The translations under genes and the position numbers were made by a program. From an uncultured bacterium (GTDB lineage Bacteria > AUK180), in NCBI GenBank assembly GCA_937863565.1, contig CALMGJ010000031.1, positions 62,001-106,952 on the forward strand: 44,952 nucleotides of DNA. The letters are read 5' to 3'. Positions 18,933-28,229 of this stretch are shown here, in pieces. The notes beneath the pieces are model-generated. The model made no database searches. It saw nothing but the letters and a program-made list of their open reading frames with translations, and was not told where the DNA came from. How positions within the stretch are numbered: the first letter of the stretch is position 1; every line of letters begins with the position of its first letter.

Positions 18933-19658
18933 TTAAAATACCGCAAAAAGATTTACGGCTATATGTATGAAGAATATCAGATACGGATTTCTCCGTAGAG
19001 AATAGATAAAAAACATCATAAGATGGAAAACAAAGAAGATGCCGACACTGATGAGCCCTTTCTGGAAATTGAGAAGCCCTCCGGCAATGGAATAAATGAT
19101 TAGGGGGACGGGGAGTAGTGCCCGGGAGAGTTTTTTATAGAGCAATTCATAACTGAAAACCCTTGTCAGCTCTGCTTTCAGTGCGGTTATCACGGCTATA
19201 AAGGCTGCGGGAAGAGGGAATACTGAAAGCACTTCCCTGCTGTACGGGGGTTGATAAACCGTCAAATATCTGTTTATCAGAAATCTCGTCCAAAGGGACA
19301 GTTCTATGAATAAAATCAGCGTAACCAGTCCGATTAAAAGGTTAATGAGAGTATCGAGCAGGATCTTCCTTTCGTTTCCCGGATGAAAAGGAGCAAATCT
19401 GTCTATACGGAAGAAGACGGAAGGCGATATTTTCCCGATATATTTCGCGATAAAATAGTAGTAGATCGAGATCAGTATGACCTCGGACATTATCACGCAG
19501 CAGTATAAACTGAGGAGCATATTATCGAGATAGTACTTGAATGAGAGGAATGGTGCTTTGAAAATCATCATGGAAAGAAAAAGAAAAACGGGGAAAAGCG
19601 GCAGAACGATCAGAATGATCTCTCCGTAAGATCTAATCCCCCTCCAGAATTTGCTCAA
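18933..19658 (-). CDS. Multi-pass membrane protein, degenerate CPBP/Abi intramembrane protease-like
   Basis: About 7-8 TM segments; 'KAELTR' where EExxR is expected, C-terminal 'IHIAVN' (HxxxN); TTG start uncertain. Confidence 0.55.
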   Translation of the reverse strand: MSKFWRGIRSYGEIILIVLPLFPVFLFLSMMIFKAPFLSFKYYLDNMLLSLYCCVIMSEVILISIYYYFIAKYIGKISPSVFFRIDRFAPFHPGNERKILLDTLINLLIGLVTLILFIELSLWTRFLINRYLTVYQPPYSREVLSVFPLPAAFIAVITALKAELTRVFSYELLYKKLSRALLPVPLIIYSIAGGLLNFQKGLISVGIFFVFHLMMFFIYSLRRNPYLIFFIHIAVNLFAVF

Positions 19659-19665
19659 TTAGCTC

Positions 19666-20298
19666 TCAGTCGTACGGTCTGATCCACTTTTCCACTATTG
19701 GAGCAGGAGTATCGGAAATGATGAAAATGCCGTCGAGACAAAGCCACACTCCGAGGAAAAACCATCTTGTGCACTGCGGACAGGCATAGAGGATCATATC
19801 GGAGACATTGTTCGAGACAAGGATGTGAAGGGCTTCGAGAAAGAAACCGATCACTTTGTAGTTGAGGACCCATTTTTCGGTAAACGGAATGAGGTCGTTC
19901 TCTATTTTTTCCAGAACAGCTTCCTTAGAGGCTGTTCCATACATTTTCTTCAATGCATCAAGTTTCCCGAGGAATGCAGAACGGACCGCATCGTTCTTCA
20001 GTTCGTAACCGCTGGTTATCGTGTTGACGATGATGCCGATGTATTCCTCGGTCGTAACGGGAATGGTGTACTGAGCTGATGTCGAAAGCGTTTCCGCGGC
20101 GTTTACCGGTTCCTCTACTAACCGTGCGTATTTATAACTGTATTCCGCATTGCTGTTCTTCACCCCCGCCGTGCTGACAGCCTGAATACCGGTAGCCGCA
20201 GGGGCTGGTGGGAAGAATGTGGTCTCATTTTCCTGAGAACACCCAGCGTATAAAAGGCATAACAACGCACCCAAGATCAGCATCCTACTTCCTCTCAT
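19666..20298 (-). CDS. Hypothetical lipoprotein
   Basis: Lipobox LYAG-C, strong SD AGGAGG; CPQC motif near the C-terminus. Confidence 0.75.
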   Translation of the reverse strand: MRGSRMLILGALLCLLYAGCSQENETTFFPPAPAATGIQAVSTAGVKNSNAEYSYKYARLVEEPVNAAETLSTSAQYTIPVTTEEYIGIIVNTITSGYELKNDAVRSAFLGKLDALKKMYGTASKEAVLEKIENDLIPFTEKWVLNYKVIGFFLEALHILVSNNVSDMILYACPQCTRWFFLGVWLCLDGIFIISDTPAPIVEKWIRPYD

Positions 20299-20319
20299 AT
20301 CGGACCTCCTAATAGAAAA

Positions 20320-20679
20320 CTATTTTTTTTGCTTCGTTCTTTCAAGCAGATCGACCAGTTTTTCGATCCGGAAAGGCTTCATCAGAAGATAATCGGGTTG
20401 AAACGTCTGTGCTTTGAGCTTGTCAGCTTCATCCAGATATCCGGTAATAGCGATCACGGGGACTCCGGAAAATCCTTCTTTTATCCTGCAGATAAGTGTC
20501 TGTCCGCTCATTTGCGGCATCATGAGATCGGTTATCACGATATCGAATTTTGTTTCTTTCATCAAGCCAAGTGCGGTCTTTCCATTGGGAGCGCAGACGA
20601 TCTCGTATTTAAGAAAACTCAACAGTCTGGAAAGACTGTCGCGCATTAAAGGATCATCTTCAACCAGAAGTATTTTCAT
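20320..20679 (-). CDS. Single-domain response regulator (CheY-like)
   Basis: 'ILLVEDD', 'VITDLMMPQMSG', 'ITGY', 'KPF'. Confidence 0.95.
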   Translation of the reverse strand: MKILLVEDDPLMRDSLSRLLSFLKYEIVCAPNGKTALGLMKETKFDIVITDLMMPQMSGQTLICRIKEGFSGVPVIAITGYLDEADKLKAQTFQPDYLLMKPFRIEKLVDLLERTKQKK

Positions 20680-21664
20680 CTTCCTTTCTGAAAGTGATTA
20701 TACAGTTCGTACCGATACCTTCCTCTGAATCGATTCTTATGGAGGCGTCGTTTTTAGCCAGCAGAAATTGTACTATCGTCAAACCGAGACCGGCTCCGTG
20801 ATCCTTCTGTTTCGTCGAGAAGAAAGGATTGAACAGTTTCACGATGTCGTTCTGTTTGATCCCTTTACCGTTGTCCTTAATTGTGAGAACCACGGTTTCT
20901 TTTCCTCCTTCCACCGATAGAATTATCTTCCCTTTCTCCTTTTCGATCGATTCACAGGCATTCTCGAGAAGCACAAAAAGCGCTTCCTGAAAATCGGTCC
21001 TGTTTACAACAATGTGTTCTTCCGAAATCCCTTTTGCAAGTTCGATCCCGACATGGGGGAATTTGTATTTTCTTACATTCTCAAAAAAATCGATGACCGT
21101 AATACACTCCTTTTCCAGTCCGCATTTCTCCTTTTCTCCGCTGCCTTTGGCGAAATGAGAGATCTTCTTTATTATGTTGCTTGCGCGCATCACTGTCTCA
21201 AGGATATTGTTCAATATCTTCTCCTTCTCCTTGTCGGTTTCGTTCAACTGAAGGAATTGAGTATAGGAAGATATTATGGCTAGAGGATTGTTTATCTCGT
21301 GAGCGAGACCGCGGGTCATTAAACCCAGAAAGGTGAATTTTTCCTTGTAGGAAACATCCCGGACATATCTGTTTACCCAATCCTGAAATGCGGTCTCAAT
21401 AATGGAATAGACCGTTTTTACACGTTCTATATCAATGTCGGATACATACTTGAAAATGTACGCCTTATTTCTGCTGAATGCCATAAGGTATTCTTTTCCC
21501 CCAGCATAGATGCCTTCCCTGAAGGATGCGAAATCTTCGGAAGAGTGAATGATACTGAGCAGTATGAGTTCGAAATCATCTGGAGAATCGACCTGCCTCT
21601 CTTTCGCGGAAGCAAGAAGTTCGTCTTTCGACATCAGTAATGTCCACTTGATGTCTTTCTTCAT
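20660..21664 (-). CDS. Cytoplasmic histidine kinase (NtrB-like)
   Basis: 'LAHEINNPL', 'LLENACE', 'DNGKGI', 'FFSTK...GAGLGL'; no TM segment. Confidence 0.9.
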   Translation of the reverse strand: MKKDIKWTLLMSKDELLASAKERQVDSPDDFELILLSIIHSSEDFASFREGIYAGGKEYLMAFSRNKAYIFKYVSDIDIERVKTVYSIIETAFQDWVNRYVRDVSYKEKFTFLGLMTRGLAHEINNPLAIISSYTQFLQLNETDKEKEKILNNILETVMRASNIIKKISHFAKGSGEKEKCGLEKECITVIDFFENVRKYKFPHVGIELAKGISEEHIVVNRTDFQEALFVLLENACESIEKEKGKIILSVEGGKETVVLTIKDNGKGIKQNDIVKLFNPFFSTKQKDHGAGLGLTIVQFLLAKNDASIRIDSEEGIGTNCIITFRKEDENTSG

Positions 21665-21670
21665 ATTGTT

Positions 21671-21699
21671 ATTTTACGATATTTTTTTTTATTTCCCAA
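21671..21699 (-). promoter_or_regulatory. Sigma-70-type promoter 6 nt upstream of the kinase ATG (probably leaderless)
   Basis: TTGGGA-17 nt-TAAAAT-aacaat-ATG; no SD. Confidence 0.6.
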
Positions 21700-21748
21700 A
21701 TATTTTAGCCAAATTTCGGCAATAGAACCGGTTTGTATTTTCACTATT

Positions 21749-21768
21749 ATGTTTACCCCGTGAAACAT
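21749..21768. promoter_or_regulatory. Putative enhancer (bEBP binding site) ATGT-N12-ACAT, copy 1
   Basis: ATGTTTACCCCGTGAAACAT, centred about 60 bp upstream of the -24 GG of a sigma-54-like promoter. Confidence 0.6.
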
Positions 21769-21816
21769 GTTTACGGAAGCAAAAACGATCGCTTCGTATA
21801 TCAGACTATTTATTGC

Positions 21817-21832
21817 TGGTACATAAAATGCT
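21817..21832 (+). promoter_or_regulatory. Sigma-54 (-24/-12) promoter
   Basis: TGGTAC-ATAAA-ATGCT: GG-N10-GC spacing, followed by SD GGAGGTG and ATG 21859. Confidence 0.7.
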
Positions 21833-21858
21833 TTCATTATACCGTACGGAGGTGATAT

Positions 21859-22233
21859 ATGAAAAAATCGTTATTGCTTTCATTGCTGTTGATTCTGATC
21901 GCGGTAGTCAGCAGTAATAAGATCACAGTGGATTCAGTAATCCTTGAAAATAAAGGACCGGTTAATTATCTCTGCGTCAAATTCTGCGAAAATAACGATA
22001 TCCGGCATCTTTATGTCTTTATAGAAAAAGCCGGAGCGCTGTGTATATTACAGGAGATTGTCGTCGATGAGAAGGAAATGCTTTCCGAAATGCATATCCC
22101 GATAGGAAAGGGCCCGGTCGATCTTGTTATCGTCGGATTCTCTATTGACGAGTCAGCGGTTCCAGATATTCGTCGTGAAACCTCACAATATTTCTCTTCA
22201 AACGAGTATAGTGTCCTTATCGATCTCCGGTAG
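21859..22233 (+). CDS. Small hypothetical exported protein
   Basis: Signal peptide MKKSLLLSLLLILIAVVSS, strong SD, beta-rich mature region. Confidence 0.8.
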   Translation: MKKSLLLSLLLILIAVVSSNKITVDSVILENKGPVNYLCVKFCENNDIRHLYVFIEKAGALCILQEIVVDEKEMLSEMHIPIGKGPVDLVIVGFSIDESAVPDIRRETSQYFSSNEYSVLIDLR

Positions 22234-22309
22234 CATGTGGATAAAAAGACCATCTTCCGGTATTGTTTCCATTATTTGGCTTTCAAAACCATTCGTATAT
22301 TTTTCTGAT

Positions 22310-22330
22310 CGTATCCGGATACGTTTTTTT
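22310..22330 (+). terminator. Possible weak intrinsic terminator
   Basis: Perfect palindrome CGTATCCGGATACG followed by T7, between convergent genes. Confidence 0.4.
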
Positions 22331-23675
22331 AAGTAAGTTCTACATTCTTCTTGATTTTGAGGGTTTCGATTTTCTGATAGATCGTTTTTCTGCTCAACCC
22401 CGATAAACGGGAGGCTTTATTGATATTCCATCCTGTATGATCCAGAAGATTCGTAAAGTAATTGTATTCGAATGTCCTTATGATGTTCGTTTTTATCTCG
22501 TTGAAATTACCAATCTCCCTGTTAAGGGAAATATCTTTCTCCATTATGCCGTTGAAAAAATCGCCTGGAATATCCTCTTCATTTAAAATGCCATCTTTAT
22601 CCAGAAGAACCGCTCTCTCTATAAAATGCTTAAGTTCTCTTATGTTTCCGGGCCATTTGTGCTTATTGAGCATTTTTATGAAATCGAGGGATGTTTTCAT
22701 TGCCGGTTTTTCGGAGCTTATAAAATGTTTTGCGAGAATCTCTATGTCTTCAGGACGCTCTCTCAATGGGGGAAGATAGATTGGGAAAATATTTATCCTG
22801 TAATACAGATCGCTTCTGAATCTGCCTTTTTCGACTAGCGTTTTTAAATTTTTATTCGTGGCGAAGATGAACCGTATATCCGCCTGGATCACTTTTGTAT
22901 CGCCTACCCGGGAGAATTTTGAGTTTTCAAGAAAACGAAGCAATTTAACCTGAATATCCTCCGGAAGCTCCCCAATCTCGTCTATGAACAAAGTACCTCC
23001 GTCAACTGCATGAAACAGTCCGTCCTTGTCCTCGTATGCCCCTGTAAAAGCGCCTTTCTTATAACCGAAGAATTCGGATTCGATCAGTTCATGCGGAATG
23101 GAGACGCAGTTGACGGCAAAGAAAGGCTTTTTACTCCTTTCACTGTTTTCATGTATATAACCTGCCACGACCTCCTTCCCGGTCCCGGTATCTCCAAGAA
23201 GAAGGACGGGGATATGGCTTGGGGCGCTTTTCTTGGCAAGTTCCATGGTATTGATGAAAGCGGGACTCTCGCCGATCAGCTTTGCTTTTTGCTTAACCGG
23301 TTTTTCTTTTTTCTCCGCTTTTTCCAGAAGGGAATTCACTCTCTTTAGAAGCAGACTCAGGTCGAACGGTTTCGTAATAAAATCGTTTGCACCAAGTTTC
23401 AGGCATTCAACCGCTTCGTCTATGCTCCCGAATGCGGTCATTACGATTACGGGCATGTTCATCCCCGCTTCTCTTAAAACCCTTATCATTTCTTTGCCGT
23501 CGGTTTCCGGCATTCTGAGGTCCGTGATGATCAGATCCGGCTTTACCCTTGATGCGATCTCGAGTCCCTCCGCCCCATCCTTTGCCCCGAATACTTCGTA
23601 ACCTTCCTTTTTCATCATTCTTAACAACACATCAAGCATAAATTTTTCATCATCCGCTATGAGCATCTTAGACAT
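22329..23675 (-). CDS. Sigma-54-dependent response regulator (NtrC/AtoC-type bEBP: REC, AAA+, Fis-type HTH)
   Basis: REC 'LIITDLRMP', Walker A GDTGTGKE, intact GAFTGA, 'LFIDEIGE', 'WPGNIREL', HTH 'NINKASRLSGLSRKTIYQK'; start ATG 23675 after GGAGG. Confidence 0.95.
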   Translation of the reverse strand: MSKMLIADDEKFMLDVLLRMMKKEGYEVFGAKDGAEGLEIASRVKPDLIITDLRMPETDGKEMIRVLREAGMNMPVIVMTAFGSIDEAVECLKLGANDFITKPFDLSLLLKRVNSLLEKAEKKEKPVKQKAKLIGESPAFINTMELAKKSAPSHIPVLLLGDTGTGKEVVAGYIHENSERSKKPFFAVNCVSIPHELIESEFFGYKKGAFTGAYEDKDGLFHAVDGGTLFIDEIGELPEDIQVKLLRFLENSKFSRVGDTKVIQADIRFIFATNKNLKTLVEKGRFRSDLYYRINIFPIYLPPLRERPEDIEILAKHFISSEKPAMKTSLDFIKMLNKHKWPGNIRELKHFIERAVLLDKDGILNEEDIPGDFFNGIMEKDISLNREIGNFNEIKTNIIRTFEYNYFTNLLDHTGWNINKASRLSGLSRKTIYQKIETLKIKKNVELT

Positions 23676-25005
23676 AAAGATATCCCTCCACAAGCATACT
23701 CAATTCGAAAATATCCTGCGACAGCAGTTTCTCGTTTATTCCCTGTTCGATGAGAAATTTCCTGTCCCATTCCTTTTTTTCCCGCGTCGTATGCTCGAGA
23801 TAGTCCGCCAGGAATACGATCTGTTCTGGTAGTTTCTTGTTCCTTTTGGCATGATGGTTAAGCACAATATCGATAATCTCAGCATACTTACGTGAATGGA
23901 GAAGAATTAACGCACCAAGTTCGTCATGATCATCGCCGTTACTCGGTCGCTTGAGGAGAAGTTTACCGATATCATGCAACCGGGCGGCTTTCTCGATAGT
24001 TCCTGAGATAGTATTATCCAGAGAGAGTTTTCCGCAGATGCCGGCGGCAATTTTCGCAGTGTTCCGTGAGTGATCCTTCACCCCGGTCTTTTTTTCATAT
24101 AGATCGATCGTTTTGAACAAACGGTTCTCCGATGTACTGCCGGAAAAACCCGTAAAACCGAATTCCTTTAAAAAGTCCAGATAGAACTCCACGCAGGTTC
24201 TGATGGCTTTTTGTCTTCCTCTTCCGAGATAAGGAAGAGAATTGAAGTATTGGACGTATGTCGCCTCTAAATCCCCTTTTTGGGCACGGCAAACGAATTT
24301 ATACTCGGGAGCTCTTTCGAAAGCGTTCATATCGCACATATAGAAATCGCAATCCTCCATTACCGATAAACCCTCCGTTGCCGGCAGTGTAGCTCCTTCG
24401 TACTCCTTTTTGATAATCAGATCGCCTTCATTGCCGTATATTTTTAGTTTACCATCTTCTTTGAGAAATATCAAGCACATCTGATTGTCCAGCTTCATAT
24501 TGTCGATGAATTGCTTCATTATGCTTCCTGTTGCACTGGCAAGCAGTATCTCATAATCGAATGTTAGAGATAGAAATGTCGGAATTATCTCTTCGGGACA
24601 TTCATTCATTCTAAGGTATTCCAGCATAGTGTTCATCTTCCTGTCTATGAAGGAGAAAACCTGTTCACTGTCATGAGCAACACTGCCGTAAAAAACGGAG
24701 GATTTAATAAACTCCGATCTATTCATCACGTAAATATCATCCCTGGCATAATGAACCTTCTCTTTACAGGTGATATTGCCGTCAACCACAATAATCACAT
24801 CGCTGTCTGCATTCTTTGAGTTTTTTATTTTCTCGAACAAAACAGCTTCCGGATATTTCAGGAAGAACAGGAATCCATTCCCTTCCTCAAGTGCGGACAG
24901 CGAGAAATCGACAAGATCGCAGCGCATACCCTGATCTTCCCGGGTTTTCAGAAGTTCTTCGTTGAGGTATTCCCTGAATACTTTCCATACGATTGGGCCG
25001 TTCAT
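23668..25005 (-). CDS. HD-domain metal-dependent phosphohydrolase with unknown N-terminal region
   Basis: 'DHS...A', 'LHDIGK', 'H...GA', 'NHH', 'LAD'; lacks the GYP loop; start ATG 25005 overlapping the upstream stop. Confidence 0.8.
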   Translation of the reverse strand: MNGPIVWKVFREYLNEELLKTREDQGMRCDLVDFSLSALEEGNGFLFFLKYPEAVLFEKIKNSKNADSDVIIVVDGNITCKEKVHYARDDIYVMNRSEFIKSSVFYGSVAHDSEQVFSFIDRKMNTMLEYLRMNECPEEIIPTFLSLTFDYEILLASATGSIMKQFIDNMKLDNQMCLIFLKEDGKLKIYGNEGDLIIKKEYEGATLPATEGLSVMEDCDFYMCDMNAFERAPEYKFVCRAQKGDLEATYVQYFNSLPYLGRGRQKAIRTCVEFYLDFLKEFGFTGFSGSTSENRLFKTIDLYEKKTGVKDHSRNTAKIAAGICGKLSLDNTISGTIEKAARLHDIGKLLLKRPSNGDDHDELGALILLHSRKYAEIIDIVLNHHAKRNKKLPEQIVFLADYLEHTTREKKEWDRKFLIEQGINEKLLSQDIFELSMLVEGYLYV

Positions 25006-25364
25006 GCTACCGCTCGTAGAGCTTCCGAAAGAAGTCTTTCCGGATCGAAAGGTTTCGTAAAATGCATAATAATGCCCAGCATGTGCGAGAACGCTTTGAG
25101 ATCCTTGCTCCCGTCCGCAGTAATGATGAATACGGGAACATTCTTTAAACCTTCGATGCATCGGATCCGGGCTACTGCAGAATACCCGTCCAAACCCGGC
25201 AACATGACATCCATGACGATCAGGTCCGGAATCAGACCGCGGGCCATCTCAACCGCTTCAAGACCGGTCCGTGCTTCATGAATCTCGAAATCTTCACTGA
25301 AAGTGAGAGCCAGAATCACACGGATGTTCATGTTGTCGTCAACAATCAGTATCTTTTTTTTCAT
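25002..25364 (-). CDS. Single-domain response regulator
   Basis: 'ILIVDD', 'LIVMDVMLPGLDG', 'ITA', 'KPF'. Confidence 0.95.
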   Translation of the reverse strand: MKKKILIVDDNMNIRVILALTFSEDFEIHEARTGLEAVEMARGLIPDLIVMDVMLPGLDGYSAVARIRCIEGLKNVPVFIITADGSKDLKAFSHMLGIIMHFTKPFDPERLLSEALRAVA

Positions 25365-26811
25365 ATATCTCCTCCGGAAGCGTTATTCTGAAAACGCTTC
25401 CTTCACCCACTTTGCTTTCCAATTCCACTTTCCCGCCCAGTAGTTGAAGATTGTACTTGACAATATAAAGTCCCATGCCTGCTCCGGCAATACTGTGCGC
25501 CAGATTGTCCAGTCGGCTGAATTTCGCGAAAATTTTCTCCTTCTCTTCCGGAGCGATCCCGCACCCTGTATCAGCGATCTCGATGATCACTGTATCGTTG
25601 ACTAGGCGGCTTGATATTTCTATTTTACCGCAGTCAGTATTGTATTTGATCGCATTTGAGATCAGGTTCGAAAATACTTGTCTCAGCAGCATCTCGTCGG
25701 TCACTATGCTGTCAGCATCCAGATTTATTCTCATTTCAATGTATTTTTCCTTCATCGAAGGCAGATACATGTTCTCGAGATCACCGAAAAATTCACCGAG
25801 ACGTATTTTTCTGAGTTTCAGAGTCGGTTTTTTTTCCGAAGCGGCGCGGCCCACGTAGATCAGATTATCCAAAAGCTCCAAAAGATATCCGGCATCTTTC
25901 ACGGCGTTTCTTATGAAATGCTTTTGGATATCGGTAAGATATCCCAGACGTCCCATAAGAAGAAGCTTCATTCCCGATATCAGAGAAGTCAACGGAGTCC
26001 TAATTTCGTGAGAGATACCTGAAATGAAAGTGGTTTTAATGTCATCCAGTCTTTTATATTCCGTAATATCCTCGAAAACTACTGATATCATCTCAACTCC
26101 GTTGAGATCAATGCGCTCGCTTTTTATCCTGTAAATTTTATCGCCGTAATTCACAGGTCCGTTCTTGTTTTCGGCAAGCATCGAGAGTATTTCGCTGAAA
26201 CATACTCTCTCCCTTTCCGGCTGAAGATTCCCCAGAATTTTCAAAGCATGGGCATTTACAAAAACAACAATACCTGAAGAAGTGCCCAGGATCATCGGTA
26301 AAGAGGTTTTTCCAATAAATTCAGAAAGTGTAAGGTGCATGGTTCTTGAACCACTTTTTTCCGGTTCCGGGTAATCGCTGTTTTTAAATTCACAAAGTTT
26401 TTTCTCCAGAACAAATGAAATAAAATATTCAAAAACGGCACTTTCGGGAACTCCCGATTCAGAAGTGGTATATGCCCATATAATATCTCCGCTTTTTATA
26501 GTAAGAACGCGATCGGGAAGGAATCCGGATATATTTGTAATGGAGCCGTTCTTCATTTCCCGGTACACTGAGAAGGTTGCAGCATCATTGTTTTTAATAT
26601 AGAGAACAAACGACTTATCCCCCAGTACTTCATTCATATAACAGATACACTTCTCTGCCAAGTCCGTTATACGTGTCGTATTGAGAAGTGATCTGGCCAA
26701 GTTGAAGTATGCAATGAAAGCCAGGTTCTTCTCCGCCTCTCTGACTCCCAGTTCCGCTATCGCTGTTGAGATTATGGCATTATTCAAGTTTCCGCGATCT
26801 TCAGAGTGCAC
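25339..26811 (-). CDS. Cytoplasmic sensor histidine kinase with PAS-like region
   Basis: 'SHEIRTPLT', 'NLISNAIKY', 'DTGCGI', 'GAGMGL'; GTG start after GGAGG. Confidence 0.9.
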   Translation of the reverse strand: MHSEDRGNLNNAIISTAIAELGVREAEKNLAFIAYFNLARSLLNTTRITDLAEKCICYMNEVLGDKSFVLYIKNNDAATFSVYREMKNGSITNISGFLPDRVLTIKSGDIIWAYTTSESGVPESAVFEYFISFVLEKKLCEFKNSDYPEPEKSGSRTMHLTLSEFIGKTSLPMILGTSSGIVVFVNAHALKILGNLQPERERVCFSEILSMLAENKNGPVNYGDKIYRIKSERIDLNGVEMISVVFEDITEYKRLDDIKTTFISGISHEIRTPLTSLISGMKLLLMGRLGYLTDIQKHFIRNAVKDAGYLLELLDNLIYVGRAASEKKPTLKLRKIRLGEFFGDLENMYLPSMKEKYIEMRINLDADSIVTDEMLLRQVFSNLISNAIKYNTDCGKIEISSRLVNDTVIIEIADTGCGIAPEEKEKIFAKFSRLDNLAHSIAGAGMGLYIVKYNLQLLGGKVELESKVGEGSVFRITLPEEIYEKKDTDC

Positions 26812-27132
26812 TTAAAACCTCCAGATTATAAGACTCGCTCCGATCCCGAGAAGCGAATTCTCCCTTCTGAGACCTTCAAAGCCGGGATTAGTTGCAAATT
26901 CCCATATCAATGCTCCTATGATCCCGACAAAAGCCGAATACAAACGAGCTTCTTCACTTGTGAAGCCGGAAGCCTTGAAATAATCATAGGATGCCGAGCG
27001 TAGGCCTACAGATAATGAGAATGTTATCGTAATCCTGTTCAAATCCAGCGACTCCCAGGTGAAATCCTCAGGAAGATCGCTGCATGTGATTGAAATGCAT
27101 AAAACGAATACTGCCAGAAGACATACTTTCAT
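26812..27132 (-). CDS. Small exported/membrane protein, distantly YfiM/VanZ-like
   Basis: Signal peptide, 'GALIWE....G.......LLGIG', ends in WRF; SD GGAGG. Confidence 0.6.
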   Translation of the reverse strand: MKVCLLAVFVLCISITCSDLPEDFTWESLDLNRITITFSLSVGLRSASYDYFKASGFTSEEARLYSAFVGIIGALIWEFATNPGFEGLRRENSLLGIGASLIIWRF

Positions 27133-27503
27133 TTTACCCTCCTGTTACCGCTCAGTACATCAATGAAACATACGGAAACGCAGATGCCGAAAACATTGGC
27201 CCTTATATCTGTTTTTTGATAACTGAAATCCAAGTATCGTTCTTTGATATATCCTGCACAGAATACAATAAATGAACTTGCAATTATACGGAAATATCTG
27301 TCTTTAAAAATCTTGATATTGAATTTTCCGCCTGTTTCTAGAAATACTTTATTCAAAGCAAGTGTTGCAGTCGAAGAGATCAACATATGGTCATATGGAT
27401 TGAATCGAGAACTGAACTCATCCCTGAAGAATCCGTTCGCTTCAGTAATTCTGCCTGCGGTGAGTAAAATAATAACAATAAGCATAATGATTTTAAATTT
27501 CAT
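27129..27503 (-). CDS. YfiM/DUF2279-like small membrane protein
   Basis: Signal peptide, 'DH', 'GYIKE..D......DI.AN..G' motif. Confidence 0.6.
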   Translation of the reverse strand: MKFKIIMLIVIILLTAGRITEANGFFRDEFSSRFNPYDHMLISSTATLALNKVFLETGGKFNIKIFKDRYFRIIASSFIVFCAGYIKERYLDFSYQKTDIRANVFGICVSVCFIDVLSGNRRVK

Positions 27504-27525
27504 AATTTAACCTCGCGTAAATGTT

Positions 27526-27541
27526 TCCAAGAAATATGCCC
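27526..27541 (-). promoter_or_regulatory. Sigma-54-like promoter (non-consensus -12) for the YfiM-like/kinase/bEBP operon
   Basis: GGGCAT-ATTTC-TTGGA: correct spacing, GG instead of GC at -12. Confidence 0.45.
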
Positions 27542-27601
27542 GTTTCATTATGTCCTATAATAAATGATATACGCCATCATTTGATCTTCTGCGGCAGTAA
27601 T

Positions 27602-27621
27602 ATGTTACATAAAGGAAACAT
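27602..27621. promoter_or_regulatory. Putative enhancer ATGT-N12-ACAT, copy 2
   Basis: ATGTTACATAAAGGAAACAT, centred about 72 bp upstream of the -24 GG. Confidence 0.55.
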
Positions 27622-27651
27622 CGGAAAAATGAATTTAAGGTTTTTAAAATG

Positions 27652-27687
27652 AAAAAAAAGAAAAGGAGGGGGATTGAAACCCCCTCC
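27652..27687 (-). terminator. Intrinsic terminator after the 27717-28190 gene
   Basis: GGAGGGGG-tttcaat-CCCCCTCC followed by TTTTCTTTTTTTT on the minus strand. Confidence 0.9.
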
Positions 27688-27716
27688 AAGGTACTGATCC
27701 AGTTATTTATTGAAGA

Positions 27717-28190
27717 TCAGAAAGTGAATGTAACGGAATTGGATATTGCGAGAACTTCACCTTTGACATTATAATAAATGATTTTATAGGAAACGAGATC
27801 TCCTGCTACGAGACCGCTTCTTGTGAAATTCATCGAGCAATACTCCAGCCTAGAACGATTTCTCATCGGGACCATCGTTTCGACTTCCCACGAAAGAGCA
27901 TTGTATCTAGAGATAATTACCGCATAGACTGCTTTATCAAACCCCAGAAAGTGAAGGGTTACAGCTATACTGTAAGAAGCCGGATAGGAGACCGAAGTTC
28001 CGGTCAACCCGTTGAAAGTGATAAGATCATTTGATTTCTCCCGGGCCTTCCCGCCTGAAGGGCCGGTTTCACCAGCATCATAACCACTCTGACCGTCATA
28101 GTCATTGTAATCGGGAAGCGTGGGGCTGTAACCTGCAAGCAGGTTTCCTACAAGAAACAAACAAGCAATGAACAGAATCGTTCTTCTCAT
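27717..28190 (-). CDS. Hypothetical secreted protein (acidic Gly/Tyr-rich N-terminus, beta-rich C-terminal domain)
   Basis: Signal peptide MRRTILFIACLFLVGNLLA, SD AGGAGGTG before ATG 28190, own promoter and terminator. Confidence 0.85.
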   Translation of the reverse strand: MRRTILFIACLFLVGNLLAGYSPTLPDYNDYDGQSGYDAGETGPSGGKAREKSNDLITFNGLTGTSVSYPASYSIAVTLHFLGFDKAVYAVIISRYNALSWEVETMVPMRNRSRLEYCSMNFTRSGLVAGDLVSYKIIYYNVKGEVLAISNSVTFTF

Positions 28191-28229
28191 ATTCACCTCC
28201 TAAGTGTGTTTAAAGAACGATTCATTATT

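Noticed and set aside
19629-19668. Possible selenocysteine or readthrough at the lipoprotein TGA (the frame continues ELIEQILEGD to a TAG)
   Set aside because: No convincing SECIS hairpin, no Cys-equivalent context, and the extension overlaps the start of the next gene. TGA serves as an ordinary stop throughout the window.
23668-25161. Longer starts in the ORF track (25161; also 7288, 8474, 18782, 23693, 28196, 29545, 37115, 41287, 41993, 43362)
   Set aside because: Downstream ATGs fit SD sequences, stop/start overlaps or promoter positions better.
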